Shown: positions 22,108 through 37,029 of the stretch, one piece after another
How the letters are laid out: each line of letters begins with the position of its first letter
Numbering within the stretch: the first letter of the stretch is position 1
NCBI GenBank assembly: GCA_964016885.1
Contig: OZ024748.1
Span: 27,714,001-27,778,000 of the forward strand
From: Eledone cirrhosa
Lineage: Eukaryota
Direction: 5' to 3'
Length of the DNA: 64,000 nt
Translations under genes and position numbers: made by a program
The notes under the pieces: generated by a model
What the model was told of the DNA's origin: nothing
What the model saw: only the letters and a program-made list of their open reading frames with translations
The model's database searches: none

Positions 22108-24790
22108 GGTGGTGGTAGTGATGGTGGTGGTGGTGGTGGTAGTGATGGTGGTGGCGGTGGTGGTAGTGATGGTGGTGGTGGTAGTGATGGTGGTGGCGGT
22201 GGTGGTAGTGATGGTGGTAGTGATGGTGGTGGTGGTGGTGGTAGTGATGGTGGTGGTGATGGTGGTGGTGGTGGTGGTAGTGATGGTGGTGGTGATGGTG
22301 GTGGTGGTGGTGGTAGTGATGGTGATGGTGGTGCTGGTGGTAGTGGTGGTGGTGGTGGTGGTGGAGATGGTGGTGGTGGTGGTGGTGGTAGTGATGGTGG
22401 TGGTGGTGGTGGTGGTAGTGATGGTGGTGGTGGTGGTAGAGATGGTGGTGGTGGTGGTAGTGATGGTGGTGGTGGTGGTGGTAGTGATGGTGGTGGTGAT
22501 GGTGATGGTGGTAGTGATGGTGATGGTGGTGGTGGTGGTAGTGATGGTGGTGGTGGTGGTAGTGATGGTGGTGGTGGTGGTGGTAGTGATGGTGGTGGTG
22601 GTGGTGGTAGTGATGGTGGTGGTGGTGGTAGTGTTGGTGGTGGTGGTGGTGGTAGTGATGGTGATGGTAGTGGTAGTGATGGTGGTGGTGGTGGTAGAGA
22701 TGGTGGAGGTGGTGGTAGTGATTGTGGTGGTGGTGGTGGTAGTGATGGTGATGGTAGTGGTAGTGATGGTGGTGGTAGTGGTGGTAGTGATGGTGATGGT
22801 GGTGGTGGTAGTGATGGTGGTGGTAGTGATGGTGGTGGTGGTGGTGAGGGTGGTGGTAGTAGTGGTGGTGGTGATGGTGATAGTGGTGGTCGTGGTGATG
22901 GTGATAGTGGTGGTGATGGTGGTGGTGTTGGTGATGGTGGTGATGGTAGTGATGCTGATAGTGGTGGTGGTGGTGGTGCTGATAATGATAGTGGTGGTGA
23001 TAGTGGTGATGGTGATAGTGGTGATGGTAATAGTGGTGATGGTGATGGTGGAGTTGGTGTTGATGATGATGGTGATGGCGATGGTAGTTGTGATGGTGAT
23101 AGTGATGCTGGTGATGGTAGTGCTGATGGTGATGGTGGAGTTGGTGTTGATGATGATGATGAACGTGGTGCTGATGGTGATGATTGTATAATGCTGGTGG
23201 TAATGTGATAGTGTTGTTGTTGTCGGTGGTATTGTGTTGTGGTGATGGTGATAATGTAGCTAGTGGTGTAGGCTGTGGCAGAGGTGGTGGTAGTGTTGGT
23301 GATGGTGGTGTAGGTGGTGGTGGGGGTGGTGGTGGTGATCGTGGTGTAGATAGGGGTGGAGGTGGCGGTGGAGGTGGCGGTAATGTTGGTGATGGTTGTG
23401 TAGGTGTTGGTGGCGGCCGTGGAGTAGGCAGTGTTGTTGTTGGTGGTGTAGGTGGTGGTGGTGTAGGTGGTGGTGTTGGTGGTGGTGTAGGTGGTGGTGT
23501 TGGTGGTGGTGTAGGTGGTGGTGTTGGTGATGGTGTAGGTGATGATGTAGGTGGTGTTGGTGGTGGTGTAGGTGGTGCTGTAGGTGGTGGTGTTGGTGGT
23601 GGTGTTGGTGGTGGTGTAGGTGGTGGTGTTGGTGGTGGTGTAGGTGGTGCTGTAGGTGGTGGTGTTGGTGGTGGTGTTGGTGGTGGTGTTGGTGGTGGTG
23701 TAGGTGGTGGTGTTGGTGGTGGTGTAGGTGGTGGTGTTGGTGGTGGTGTAGGTGGTGGTGTTGGTGATGGTGTTGGTGATGGTGTTGGTGGTGTTGATGG
23801 TGGTGTAGGTGGTGGTGTTGGTGGTGGTGTTGGTGGTGGTGTTGGTGGTGGTGTAGGTGGTGGTGTTGGTGGTGGTGTAGGTGGTGGTGTTGGTGATGGT
23901 GTTGGTGATGGTGTTGGTGGTGTTGATGGTGGTGTAGGTGGTGGTGTTGGTGGTGGTGTAGGTGGTGGTGTTGGTGGTGGTGTTGGTGGTGGTGTTGGTG
24001 GTGGTGTAGGTGGTGGTGTTGGTGGTGGTGTTGGTGGTGGTGTTGGTGGTGGTGTAGGTGGTGGTGTTGGTGGTGGTGTAGGTGGTGGTGTTGGTGGTGG
24101 TGTAGGTGGTGGTGTTGGTGATGGTGTAGGTGGTGTTGATGGTGGTGTAGGTGGTGGTGTTGGTGATGGTGTTGGTGATGGTGTTGGTGATGGTGTTGGT
24201 GGTGTTGGTCATGGTGTAGGTGATGGTGTAGGTGGTGTTGGTGATGGTGGTGGTGATGGTGTAGGTGGTGTTGGTGGTGTAGGTGGTGGTGTTGGTGATG
24301 GTGTTGGTGATGGTGTTGGTGGTGTTGGTGGTGGTGTAGGTGATGGTGTTGGTTATGGTCGTGTAGGTGGTGGTGTTGGTCATGGTGTAGGTGATGGTGT
24401 AGGTGGTGTTGGTGGTGGTGTAGGTGGTGGTGTAGGTGTTGCTGGTGGTGTAGGTGGTGGTGTTGGTGATGGTGTTGGTGATGGTGTAGGTGGTGGTGGT
24501 GTAGGTGTTGGTGTTGGTGTTGGTGTTGGTGATCGTGTAGGTGGGGGTGGGGGTGGGGGTGTAGGTGGTGGGGGTGATGGTGTAGGTGGTGGTGGTGTAG
24601 GTGGTGGTGGTGTAGGTGGTGGTGGTGTAGGTGGTGGTGTTGGTGATGGTGTTGGTGGTGTTGGTGGTGGTGTAGGTGGTGGTGTTGGTGGTGGTGTAGG
24701 TGGTGGTGTTGGTGGTGGTGTAGGTGGTGGTGTTGGTGGTGGTGTTGGTGGTGGTGTTGGTGGTGGTGTAGGTGGTGGTGGCGGTGTTGC
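21722..24790. repeat. Degenerate (GGT)n trinucleotide expansion
   Basis: GGT/GAT/AGT/GTT/GTA variants with local 12-24 nt higher-order periodicity. Confidence 0.95.
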
Positions 24791-24896
24791 TTTCTCTATA
24801 TTTCCTTTGTTGTGTTATTGATTGTCCACATGAGTGTACCTAGGTGTCTTATCTGTGCGTACGTGTGTGTGGGAGAGAGTGTGCGAGTATATGTAA

Positions 24897-25051
<155 letters not shown>

Positions 25052-25116
25052 TATAAATATACATGCATACATACATACATACATACATACATACATACAT
25101 ACATACATACATACAT

Positions 25117-25162
<46 letters not shown>

Positions 25163-25279
25163 CATATAGTGAACTGTCTAGGTATATTGTGTGCAGGTGT
25201 ATATTGCGTAATTGCGTATATGGATTAATGTGTGTTCTAATGGCTGTACACGCTATATACCAATAAGTATGTATGTATG

Positions 25280-25344
<65 letters not shown>

Positions 25345-25699
25345 GCATATTCATACGTATGTATAAGCATATATATGAATATTCGTATATATAAATTTGC
25401 ATATATATGTATATGCGTATCTATGTATATGCAAATGTATGTATATGCATTTATGTATGTACTAGCATGTGTACATGTGTGTTTTAAACACACAGGCAAA
25501 GCCGATACATTAGGAGCGGTGGGTTATGTAAGGGGAAGTTGGGTAGGTGCTTCTTATACGCATGCGCCGCAGTGTTTCCAACTTATCTTCGCTAGCAAGC
25601 ATCGCTTAGCAATGCATGGTGGAACGAGCTACAAGCTGGCTCGACTAAAGGGGTTTTGTTGCCTCTTATCAACCAAGAGGAATAGATAGAACAGCGAAC

Positions 25700-28600
25700 G
25701 GTATTGGTGGCGATGTTAGTGGTGGTGTTGTTTATTGTGGTGGAGGTAGGGATGTTGATGGTGGCGACATCTGTGTTGATGGTGGTTGTGGTGGTGGTGG
25801 TCTTGGTGTTGTTTTAGTTGTTGATGTGTTGGTAGTGGTTGTGTAGGTGGTATTCATGTCATTGAGACATGATGGCGGTGGCGGCGGCGATGGTAGTGGT
25901 GGTGGTGGTGGTGGTGGTGGTGGTAGGTTGTAGTGTAGGTAGAAGTGTGTGTTGTAGTAATGTTAAGGAGACGTGATAGTGGCGGCGGTGGTGGCAAATA
26001 TGGAGGTGGTAACATTAATAGGGATATAATGGCAGCGTCTATAGTGGAGGGGATGGGGATGATGGTGGTTACGGTAGTTGTGGTTGTGGTGATGGTGTTG
26101 ATGATAGTGATGGTGTTAGTGATGGTGATAGTGATGGTGTTGGTGATAGTGTTGATGATAGTGGTGGTGTTGGTGATAGTGTTGGTGATAGTGTTGGTGA
26201 TAGTGATGGTGATAGTATTGGTGATAGTGGTGGTGTTGGTGATAGTGATGGTGTTAGTGGTAGTGTTGATGATAGTGGTGGTGTTGGTGATAGTGTTGGT
26301 GATAGTGATGGTGTTAGTGGTGGTGTTGGTGATGGTGTTGGTGATGGTGTTGGTGTTGGTGTTAGTGGTGGTGTTAGTGGTGGTGTTGGTGATGGTGATG
26401 GTGTTGGTGTTAGTGGTGGTGTTAGTGGTGGTGTTGGTGATGGTGACGGTGTTAGTGGTGGTGTTGGTGGTGGTGTTAGTGGTGGTGTTGGTGTTAGTGG
26501 TGGTGTTAGTGGTGGTGTTGGTGATGGTGATGGTGTTGGTGTTAGTGGTGGTGTTAGTGGTGGTGTTAGTGGTGGTGTTGGTGATAGTGATGGTGTTGGT
26601 GTTAGTGGTGGTGTTAGTGGTGGTGTTGGTGATAGTGTTGGTGTTGGTGTTAGTGGTGGTGTTGGTGATGGTGATGGTGTTGGTGTTAGTGGTGGTGTTG
26701 GTGGTGGTGTTAGTGGTGGTGTTGGTGATGGTGATAGTATTGGTGATAGTGGTGGTGTTGGTGATAGTGGTGGTGTTAGTGGTGGTGTTGGTGGTGGTGT
26801 TAGTGGTGGTGTTAGTGGTGGTGTTGGTGATAGTGATGGTGTTGGTGATAATGTTGATGATAGTGGTGGTGTTGGTGATAGTGTTGGTGATAGTGATGGT
26901 GATAGTATTGGTGATAGTGGTGGTGTTGGTGATAGTGATGGTGTTAGTGGTAGTGTTGATGATAGTGGTGGTGTTGGTGATAGTGTTGGTGATAGTGATG
27001 GTGTTAGTGGTAGTGTTGGTGATGGTGTTGGTGATGGTGTTGGTGTTGGTGTTAGTAGTGGTGTTGGTGTTGGTGTTAGTGGTGGTGTTAGTGGTGGTGT
27101 TGGTGATGGTGACGGTGTTAGTGGTGGTGTTGGTGGTGGTGTTAGTGGTGGTGTTGGTGTTGGTGTTAGTGGTGGTGTTAGTGGTGGTGTTGGTGATGGT
27201 GATGGTGTTGGTGTTAGTGGTGGTGTTAGTGGTGGTGTTGGTGATGGTGTTGGTGTTAGTGGTGGTGTTAGTGGTGGTGTTGGTGATGGTGACGGTGTTA
27301 GTGGTGGTGTTGGTGGTGGTGTTAGTGGTGGTGTTGGTGTTGGTGTTAGTGGTGGTGTTAGTGGTGGTGTTGGTGATGGTGATGGTGTTGGTGTTAGTGG
27401 TGGTGTTAGTGGTGGTGTTAGTGGTGGTGTTGGTGATAGTGATGGTGTTGGTGTTAGTGGTGGTGTTAGTGGTGGTGTTGGTGATAGTGATGGTGTTGGT
27501 GTTAGTGGTTTTGTTAGTGGTGGTGTTAGTGGTGGTGTTGGTGATGGTGATAGTATTGGTGATAGTGGTGGTGTTGGTGATAGTGGTGGTGTTAGTGGTG
27601 GTGTTGGTGGTGGTGTTAGTGGTGGTGTTAGTGATGGTGATAGTATTGGTGATAGTGGTGGTGTTGGTGATAGTGGTGGTGTTAATGGTGGTGTTAGTGG
27701 TGGTGTTGGTGATAGTGATGGTGTTGGTGTTAGTGGTGGTGTTAGTGGTGGTGTTAGTGGTGGTGTTAGTGGTGGTGTTAGTGGTGGTGTTGGTGGTGGT
27801 GTTAGTGGTGGTGATAGTATTGGTGATAGTGGTGGTGTTGGTGATAGTGGTGGTGTTAATGGTGGTGTTAGTGGTGGTGTTGGTGATAGTGATGGTGTTG
27901 GTGTTAGTGGTGGTGTTAGTGGTGGTGTTAGTGGTGGTGTTAGTGGTGGTGTTGGTGGTGGTGTTAGTGGTGGTGTTAGTGATGGTGATAGTATTGGTGA
28001 TAGTGATGGTGTTGGTGATAGTGATGGTGATGGTGTTGGTGTTAGTGGTGGTGTTAGTGGTGGTGTTAGTGGTGGTGTTGGTGGTGGTGTTAATGGTGGT
28101 GTTAGTGGTGGTGTTAGTGGTGGTGTTGGTGATAGTGATGGTGTTGGTGTTAGTGGTGGTGTTAGTGGTGGTGTTAGTGGTGGTGTTAATGGTGGTGTTA
28201 GTGGTGGTGTTAGTGGTGGTGTTAGTGGTGGTGTTGGTGGTGGTGTTAGTGGTGGTGTTAGTGGTGGTGTTGGTGGTGGTGTTAGTGGTGATATTAGTGG
28301 TGGTGTTAGTGGTGGTGTTAGTGGTGGTGTTAGTGGTGGTGTTAGTGGTGGTGTTAGTGGTGGTGTTGGTGGTGGTGTTAGTGGTGATAATAGTGGTGGT
28401 GTTAGTGGTGGTGTTAGTGGTGGTGTTAGTGGTGGTGTTGGTGATGGTGTTGGTGGTGGTGTTGGTGGTGGTGTTAGTGGTGGTGTTAGTGGTGGTGTTA
28501 GTGGTGGTGTTAGTGGTGGTGTTAGTGGTGGTATTAATGGTGGTGTTAGTGGTGGTGTTAGTGGTGGTGTTAGTGGTGGTGTTAGTGGTGGTGTTGGTGG

Positions 28601-29402
28601 TGGTGTTAGTGGTGGTGTTAGTGGTGGTGTTGGTGGTGGTGTTAGTGGTGGTGTTAGTGGTGGTGTTAGTGGTGGTGTTAGTGGTGGTGTTAGTGGTGGT
28701 GGTAGTGGTAGTGTTAGTGGTGGTGTTAGTGGTGGTGTTAGTGGTGGTGTTAGTAGTGGTGTTACTGGTGGTGTTAGTGGTGGTGTTAGTGGTGGTGTTA
28801 GTGGTGGTGTTAGTGGTGGTGTTAGTGGTGGTGTTGATGATGGTGGTGGTGAAGGTGGTGGTGGTGGTGGAATTGGCGGTCGTCCTAGTAGTAGTGATAG
28901 TGGTGGTGATTGTAGTAGTAGTAATGGTGGTGGTGGCGGTCGTGGTAGTAGTAGTGATGGTGGTGGTGATGGCGGCGATGGTAGTAGTAGTAATGGTGGT
29001 GGTGGAGTTGGTGGTAGTAGTAGTCATGGTGGAGTTGGTGGTGGTGGTAGAAGTAGTGATGGTGGAGTTGGTGGTTGTTGTAGAAGTAGTGATGGTGGTG
29101 GTGGTGGTGGTGGTGGTGGTAGTAGTAGTAATGGTGGTTGTTATGTTAGTAGTAGTGATGGTGGAGTTGGTGGAGGTGGTGGTAGTAGTAATGGTGGTGG
29201 TGGTGGTGGTTATGGTAGTAGTGGTAGCAATGGTGGTGGTGGTGGTTATGGTAGTAGTGGTAGCAATGGTGGTGGTGGTGGTTATGGTAGTAGTGGTAGC
29301 AATGGTGGTGGTGGTGGTAGTAGCAATGGTGGTGGTGGTAGTAGTAATGGTGGTGGTGGTGGTGGTTATGGTAGTAGTGGTAGCAATGGTGGTGGTGGTG
29401 GC
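25700..29402. repeat. Degenerate (GTG)n / (GTGGTGGTGTTA)n expansion
   Basis: A 12-nt unit GTGGTGGTGTTA dominates 26400-28830. Confidence 0.95.
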
Positions 29403-29709
29403 AACGACAGACATTGCGATAACAAAACATCATTGTATGACAATAGCCGTGCACAATAACAACAACTACAATAGCATAACAATAACACAATGATAACAGA
29501 CACACTACAATTACAATAACACAGTAATGATCAAATGATATAAACATATCAACATATATACATTCATAATGCACACATACACACACATACTGATATATAT
29601 ATATATATATATTTGTATATGTATGCAAGTATGTATATATGTACCTATGTATATGTATGTATGTACTATGTATGTACTATGTATGTATGTATGTATGTAT
29701 GTATGTATG

Positions 29710-29820
<111 letters not shown>

Positions 29821-29927
29821 ATATGTATGTATGCATATGTTTATATATAATGTAGTCGTTTTGAAACCACATTCAAAATACATGTAACGACTGAAGCAAA
29901 GGTAATATCTGAAATATGAAACAAAAC

Positions 29928-29961
<34 letters not shown>

Positions 29962-29966
29962 CATAC

Positions 29967-30121
<155 letters not shown>

Positions 30122-31056
30122 TATCATTATTACGTTTGTACTGTACATATGTATGAATTTCACATATATATATATATGTGTATATACATACATATACATG
30201 AGTATGTGTGTATGTATAATACATATTTGAATATTTGACACGTTTATGTATGCATGTATGCATGTGCATACATACATACATGAATACATGCATACATACA
30301 TACATACATACATACATACATGCATGCATGAATACATACATATATACATGCATGCATGAATACATACATACAAACATACATACATACATACATACATACA
30401 TACATACATACATACATACATACATACATACATACATACATACAATCACCGACATACAAATACAACGTCAGAATATTCAGTTTTGAAAAACAGCAAGTAT
30501 TCTGAAGTATCTGTTTATTATTCTTGCCGTTGTTGTTGCTGTTGTTATTGTTGTTGCTATTGTTTTTTCTACTATTTGTTGATATATATATTTTTAACAA
30601 TTTTTTCCCGCTCTTTTGTTTAGTTTTCTGGAAGTAAAGATAAGAGGATGCGGTCAGGACAATATGGCGTCTGACAAAAAAACAACAATAAACAACATGG
30701 AGACGAGAACAAAGAAGATTGAGGCGGGAAAAAATGGAAAGATTTCTTTCATTTTTCTCTCTCGGTTTATTTTTTGTTTCTTTTAATTATCTGTTGTTTA
30801 TGTTTATTTATTTATATGTTTGTTTGTTTATTTATTGTATTTATTTCTCTTTTTCGTCCGTTTGAGTTTTAATTTCTTATATTTTTTGTTCTTCTTGTCT
30901 TGTTATTTTGTTTTATTCTATTTTATTTTGTTTTATTTTGTTTTATTTTGTTTTGTTTGTTTCATTTTTTTTTTCAAAAACCGTGACGATACCACAAATG
31001 AATTTGCAGATGTGTGAGTGTTATTGGCTGAAAAGAGATAAAATAGAAATGTAATA

Positions 31057-31059
31057 GTG

Positions 31060-31126
<67 letters not shown>

Positions 31127-31354
31127 CAATAATAATAATAATAATAATAATAGTGATGGTATTAACAGAAGAAATAATATTTATTATTATTATTATTATT
31201 GTTATTATTATTATTGTTGTTTTTATATTGTCATTACTACTATTAATATTATTATCATAACAATAATAGTAATGATATGCATATTAAAATAACAACAACA
31301 AGAATAACATCAATGTTATGGTAAAGGTGTAAAAAAGAAACACCTTTAAGACTA

Positions 31355-31415
<61 letters not shown>

Positions 31416-31416
31416 T

Positions 31417-31453
<37 letters not shown>

Positions 31454-31673
31454 ATTATTATTGTTATTATTATCATCATCAATGATAATAGTTCCTTTAT
31501 TTGTCACGATAACAAGAGCGACAACAACAATATAAAAAAAAATAATATATAAAAATAATAATAATGGTAGTAATTGTTATTTTTATTTGCCACAACAATA
31601 GTAATAATGATGGTGATGATGATGATGGTGATGGTGATGGTGATGGTGATGGTGGTGATGGTGATGATGATGT

Positions 31674-31705
<32 letters not shown>

Positions 31706-31726
31706 GTGATGATAGTGGTGATGATA

Positions 31727-31759
<33 letters not shown>

Positions 31760-31996
31760 GTGATGATTATGATGATGATGGTGATGATGATAATAATGAT
31801 GATGATGATGGTGATGATGATAATAATGATGCTGATGGTGATGGTGATGGTGATTATATAGATGAGGTGTATGTGTGGAGGGGGAATTTTATTAAAATGT
31901 TCATACAATACATCTAAATACGCATATGGATGTTCATACACAAACGCACACACAAACGCGCGCACACACGCACATATACACACACACACACATAAT

Positions 31997-32088
<92 letters not shown>

Positions 32089-32334
32089 CCAAACACACAC
32101 TGAAACACATAAACACACTCTCAAACTTGTACTTTATATACACACCTGGGGTAAACGGAGATAAAAATTTCAAAGGTGTGCATCATTTATGATGATGCTG
32201 AGGATGATGATGACGATAGTGATGATGATGATGAAGATGGTGACGGTGATGATGATGACGATGATGATGATGATTACACTTTTCAATTACTTGGAGATAA
32301 TGGGACATTGGCAGTCGTAAGATTATTTCTTGTT

Positions 32335-32379
<45 letters not shown>

Positions 32380-32409
32380 ATTGGTGATGTAACTATTGTA
32401 TTATTGTTA

Positions 32410-32490
<81 letters not shown>
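31057..32490. repeat. Cluster of (AAT)n, (ACT)n, (GCT)n, (GAT)n, (GTT)n, (CA)n and (TA)n microsatellites
   Basis: Directly visible. Confidence 0.9.
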
Positions 32491-32492
<2 letters not shown>

Positions 32493-32550
32493 GAAACTAA
32501 GCCTAATTCAATGCTTCTTATGCATACCTGTATATAAAAAACATATATGC

Positions 32551-32654
<104 letters not shown>

Positions 32655-33254
32655 TTGTGTGTGTGTGTAGACATACGTATATATTTATATATATACATGC
32701 ATATATGCATGTATATACTTACATACATATACATACTCACACACACATATATATATGCCACCCACACACAGACATCTGTTGGTTGTTGTTGTGTTAGTTG
32801 TTTTTCCATGCAAATATATAATCGGTTGAGTTGAAAAACAGGTTTATTCAGCCAAACATGCATATCTTAAGCGGTATTCTGTCTCACCTCTGATGTGGAA
32901 ATTCATCTTCAATTCAAACAGCCAGAATAATTTCCACACATGCACATTCATGCACACATACACACACACTACCACATATGTATGTAAATATATATGCATG
33001 TATACATATGTATACACACACACGCACACACACATACACACACACACACATATATATATATGTATATAAATATATGGATGATATATATATGTATGTTCAT
33101 ATATATATGTTCATATATATATATATATGTATATTCATATATATGTGTGCGTGTGTGTGTAAGTGTGTGTGATTGTGTGTGTGTGTATGTGTGTGTGTGT
33201 GTGTGTTATAGTAAAATAAATCTTCTTAAAGACTTCAATTGCATTTTCAACTTC

Positions 33255-33298
<44 letters not shown>

Positions 33299-33299
33299 A

Positions 33300-33482
33300 C
33301 GGTGGATTGGCAGTATCGGTAGAGGGTCGGACGTCATGCTTTGACGCATTGAGTTACGGCCCTTTCCATTCTGAGTTCAAATCCCGCCGAGGTTAACTTT
33401 GCTTTTCATCCTTACGGGGTCGATAAAATAAAGTACCAGTAATGTACTGGTTAATTGCTGGCCTTGTGCCAAAAGTAGAAAC

Positions 33483-33487
<5 letters not shown>
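33300..33487 (+). mobile_element. tRNA-derived SINE of octopus type, with a Meta-domain-like core
   Basis: A-box-like TGGCAGTATCGGTAG, B-box GAGTTCAAATCC, and core TTTCATCCTTACGGGGTCGATAAAATAAAGTACCAG. There are about 10 copies in the window. Confidence 0.85.
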
Positions 33488-33535
<48 letters not shown>

Positions 33536-33536
33536 A

Positions 33537-34686
33537 CGGTGGATTGGCAGCATCGGTAGAGTGTCGGACTCCATGCTTTGCAGCATGGAATTATGGCCCT
33601 TTACGATCTGAGTTCAAATCCCGCTGAAGTTAACTTTGCTTTCATCCTTACGGGGTCGATAATATAAACCACCAGTAATCTATCTAATCTAGGGCGGGTA
33701 AAATTCCCGAGATCCATGGACGAGTTCTCTCCAGCGGTCTCTGTCCCTCATTATCGCTGCCATGTCCTGCGTCTTCAAGAGACCAGTGTCTGTCCTTAGG
33801 GCGTCAACATATGTTAACCTCGGTCTTCCTCTTCCAGTGTGTCCATGCAGGGGCTCCCACAGGAGCACTGAGTGCAGTGTAAACTCTGGATGTCGGTGAG
33901 CATGTCCAGTTAACCTCAGTCTCCTCTGTGTCACTTTTGAGCTGACTTTTGGGAGGCTCCCATACAGCTCTGAGTTCTTCATCCTCAGTGTATACTGATT
34001 AATGTTCAAAGCCATCCTCAGCATTCTCGTGTAGCACCCATCCACTATCTGAGTGAGTTTCTTGGTCAATGTCCAAGTCTCAGACCCCTACAGCAGCACA
34101 GACTCCACTACAGCAACGAAGATGCGGATCTTCAGGTCTTTACGAAGGTCCGACTTCCACACCGATCTCAGGCTGTGGAACGCCGCCCAGGCTTTGCTCT
34201 TCCTCTCAACCACGTCATATTCCGTATTTCCAATCTTTGCTCCCAAATACAGGAAGTCCTAGACCAATTCTAGCGGGTTCCGCCTACATTAATAATCTTC
34301 TCTGGCTTCTCAACATTCTCTACCAGATATTTCGTCTTAATCTCATTCATTCTCAGCCCCACACTCATCAACACAGTCTCAACCTCCTGAATCAAATCCT
34401 CTGCCTCCTTCACTGTATTTGTCACCAAAACTATGTCGTCGGCAAATTCAGCATCCGATATCTTTTTCGCCTTAACTCTCCTGCTCTGAGCCGGTGTTAC
34501 AGTAAAGCCAGAGTCCTGGTGTTTCTCCAGCGCAAGGTGCATACAATAGTCCACTGCGACGATAAAAAGGTAGGAAGCCAATGTATCTCCCTGGAGCACT
34601 CCAGTATCTCAAAGAACTCTGTCATCCCATCAGGTGTAATGCACTGGGATAATTGCTGGCCTTGTGTCAAAAATAGAAACAATTAT
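33537..34686 (+). mobile_element. SINE copy split by an RTE insertion (33537-33679 plus 34636-34686)
   Basis: Joining the two halves at the duplicated GTAAT restores the SINE seen intact at 35035-35221. Confidence 0.85.
33680..34640 (-). pseudogene. 5'-truncated RTE-clade LINE, RT C-terminal part, with two frameshifts
   Basis: Motifs TPDG...LQGDTLASYLF...FADDIVL...GLRMNEIKTK...DFLYLG...VESVLLYGSETW...DGCYTRMLRMALN...GRGRPRLTYVD. The stop codon is followed directly by a short TAGAT-type tail. Confidence 0.93.
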
Positions 34687-35034
34687 ATATATATATATAT
34701 AAGTTTTCGCTCCGACATAACTGTATAACTGTCTACATATAAATATGCAAATTTTGTATATCTAATGATACACGAATAAATATTTGGTTTACGAATAAAT
34801 ATTTGGAAAGACCTTTGCGAATTGTTTGATCCATCCACATGATCCCTTCTATTTCTTCTTTACTGACTGAACTTTTACCTTTATAGTTTAGTGTTTTTTA
34901 GATATTTATATTGAAAGTTACATCTCAAACTTTACCTATTACTCGATATCATCTTTATTTTCTTATAATGTTTATTTTTTATTTAGTCTTTATTTTATTT
35001 CATTGCGTTGGGCTTTTATTATACTACATTTCGC

Positions 35035-35221
35035 AGTGGATTGGCAGTATCGGTAGAGGGTCGGACGCCATGCTTTGCAGAAAAGAGTTACGGCCCTTTA
35101 TGGTCTGAGTTCAAATCTCGCCGAGGTTAACTTTGTCTTTCATCCTTACGGGGTCGATAAAATAAAGTACCAGTAATACACTAGGATAATTGCTGGCCTT
35201 GTGCCAAAAGTAGAAACAATT
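35035..35221 (+). mobile_element. tRNA-derived SINE, full-length copy
   Basis: Homologous to 33300-33487. Confidence 0.85.
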
Positions 35222-36027
35222 ATACTACATTTCAGATATCACTTGTGCACATCTTGGCCTTCAGGTTATCTTGTACCTCATATGTGGTACCACATGTCAT
35301 AGTAGGGTTCCCTTCAACGAGGTATTAATCATTATCATTCATTAATTGAATTTCACTATCTCTTTCAATTGCAATAGTGATCAAACATTTGAAAGAATCT
35401 TAAACAATCGCTTCATTTTGTTTTTTTATTTCCACATTTTGGATAACTCGTAATAAATGAGTATAAAATTTCTGTGTGATTATTTTTGTTATTTATTATT
35501 TTAGAAGGAATTCCGGCTTTTCTGATATTTATGTTAGACACGTGATGACCAGTCTCTGTCTTTTCACAACTGTCGTAGTAATTAACTTAAATATAAGTTA
35601 TCGCTGTATTGTTTTTTTATTGGTATTATCATTAAATATACGATATATATTTTATTTTATTTAACTAGCATATTATTTTATCCCATCTTATCCCACTGTT
35701 ATCTGAAGGATATAGCGCTAAACGTTTTGGAAAAAAATAGAAAAATAAAAATAAAAAAAGTAAAACTGACGCACATGATTTTCTCCTAGTATTTAATATT
35801 TAATAATCATAGTAATAATCATAATATCTATTTATTTGAATCTGCAGGATTTATATGTAATCTTCTTAACACGTGTTTTGTAAACGGCTGGCGCAGTGTC
35901 TCATTTAAAATTCGTATTTAATGTTTAATAATATTTAAAATCCAGACTAATAATTTTATTAACCAATGCCTGTTTGAAGCCGCTAAGATTCTGATTGATT
36001 TTGGCTCGTCTGGTTTTCCTTCTCGCT

Positions 36028-36128
36028 TCCTGGATTTTTCACTCTCTCTGTCTCCCTGGATTTCTCTCTCTCTCTCTCTTTCTCTCTCTCTCGTTCCCTG
36101 GAATTTTCACTCTATCTCTCCCTGGATT

Positions 36129-36180
<52 letters not shown>

Positions 36181-36217
36181 ACACACACACATACACACAC
36201 ACACACATACACACACA

Positions 36218-36257
<40 letters not shown>

Positions 36258-36276
36258 CTCTCTCGCTCCTTGGATT

Positions 36277-36339
<63 letters not shown>

Positions 36340-36410
36340 CTCTCTCTCATTCCCTGGAGTTTTCACGCTCTCTCTTTCGTTCCCTGGATTTTCACGCTCT
36401 CTCTCTCTCA
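36028..36410. repeat. Compound repeat: CCTGGATTTT(T)C units spaced by (CT)n or (CA)n
   Basis: About 7 copies of the motif separated by microsatellite runs. Confidence 0.75.
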
Positions 36411-36654
36411 TTCTCTCTCACCCCACACTCTCCTTTTCCTCTCCAACTTCCTAATCTGTCATAAGATAGGAGGTACTAACATAGACTCCAGCGAAATGGT
36501 CCACACGCAAGAAGGAGATGCAAATAAAATTAATAGAAGCCAACGAAATTGGACAAAGAGAGAACTGGAAGCAATGATTAAAGGGTGGAGCTTGGCTGAT
36601 GGGTCGCCGCCATCCAAAATAATTGCGGAGACCTTGAAAATAACTATGCTTACT

Positions 36655-36962
36655 AATGAAATGAAAAGGCATGTTATGATTGTGACTTTGAAGGCAAGCA
36701 TGGTGATTTAGAAATTTCTCGTTTTCTGAAAGTTGCAAGATCTTTTGTCCACAAGACTCGGTGTGAGTTAGAGAAAGATGGAAGCGCATTACCTGTATCA
36801 AAACGTAAAAAACATTTCAAATGTTCTGATTCTATCAGGACACCTGAATATATTCAGGAAATTAAGCCAAACATTGATGACAATCTAGGAAAATCAATGA
36901 GGTCAATTGCAAAAAAATGTTGGTGTGTCAGAAAAAACAATCAGAAATGTTGTGCATGAAAA

Positions 36963-36968
<6 letters not shown>
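36655..36968 (+). pseudogene. Tc1/mariner-superfamily transposase N-terminal HTH remnant
   Basis: Frameshift-corrected translation gives EMKRHVMIVTLKA/KHGDLEISRFLKVARSFVHK...RKKH...SDSIRTPEYIQ...DDNLGKSMRSIAKK/GVSEKTIRNVVHENI. It is cut off by (TA)n. Confidence 0.75.

Positions 36969-37029
<61 letters not shown>

Noticed and set aside
21270-24821. Long Thr/Pro/His-rich and Gly/Val-rich ORFs resembling mucin or extensin
   Set aside because: Open on both strands and in several frames because of (GGT)n. There is no unique domain or signal peptide.
25854-29493. ORFs of about 1180 aa, poly-Thr/Asn and poly-Val
   Set aside because: Translation of a trinucleotide and 12-nt repeat expansion.
33300-33390. 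tRNA gene
   Set aside because: A- and B-box-like motifs are present but there is no cloverleaf. It is a multi-copy SINE head.
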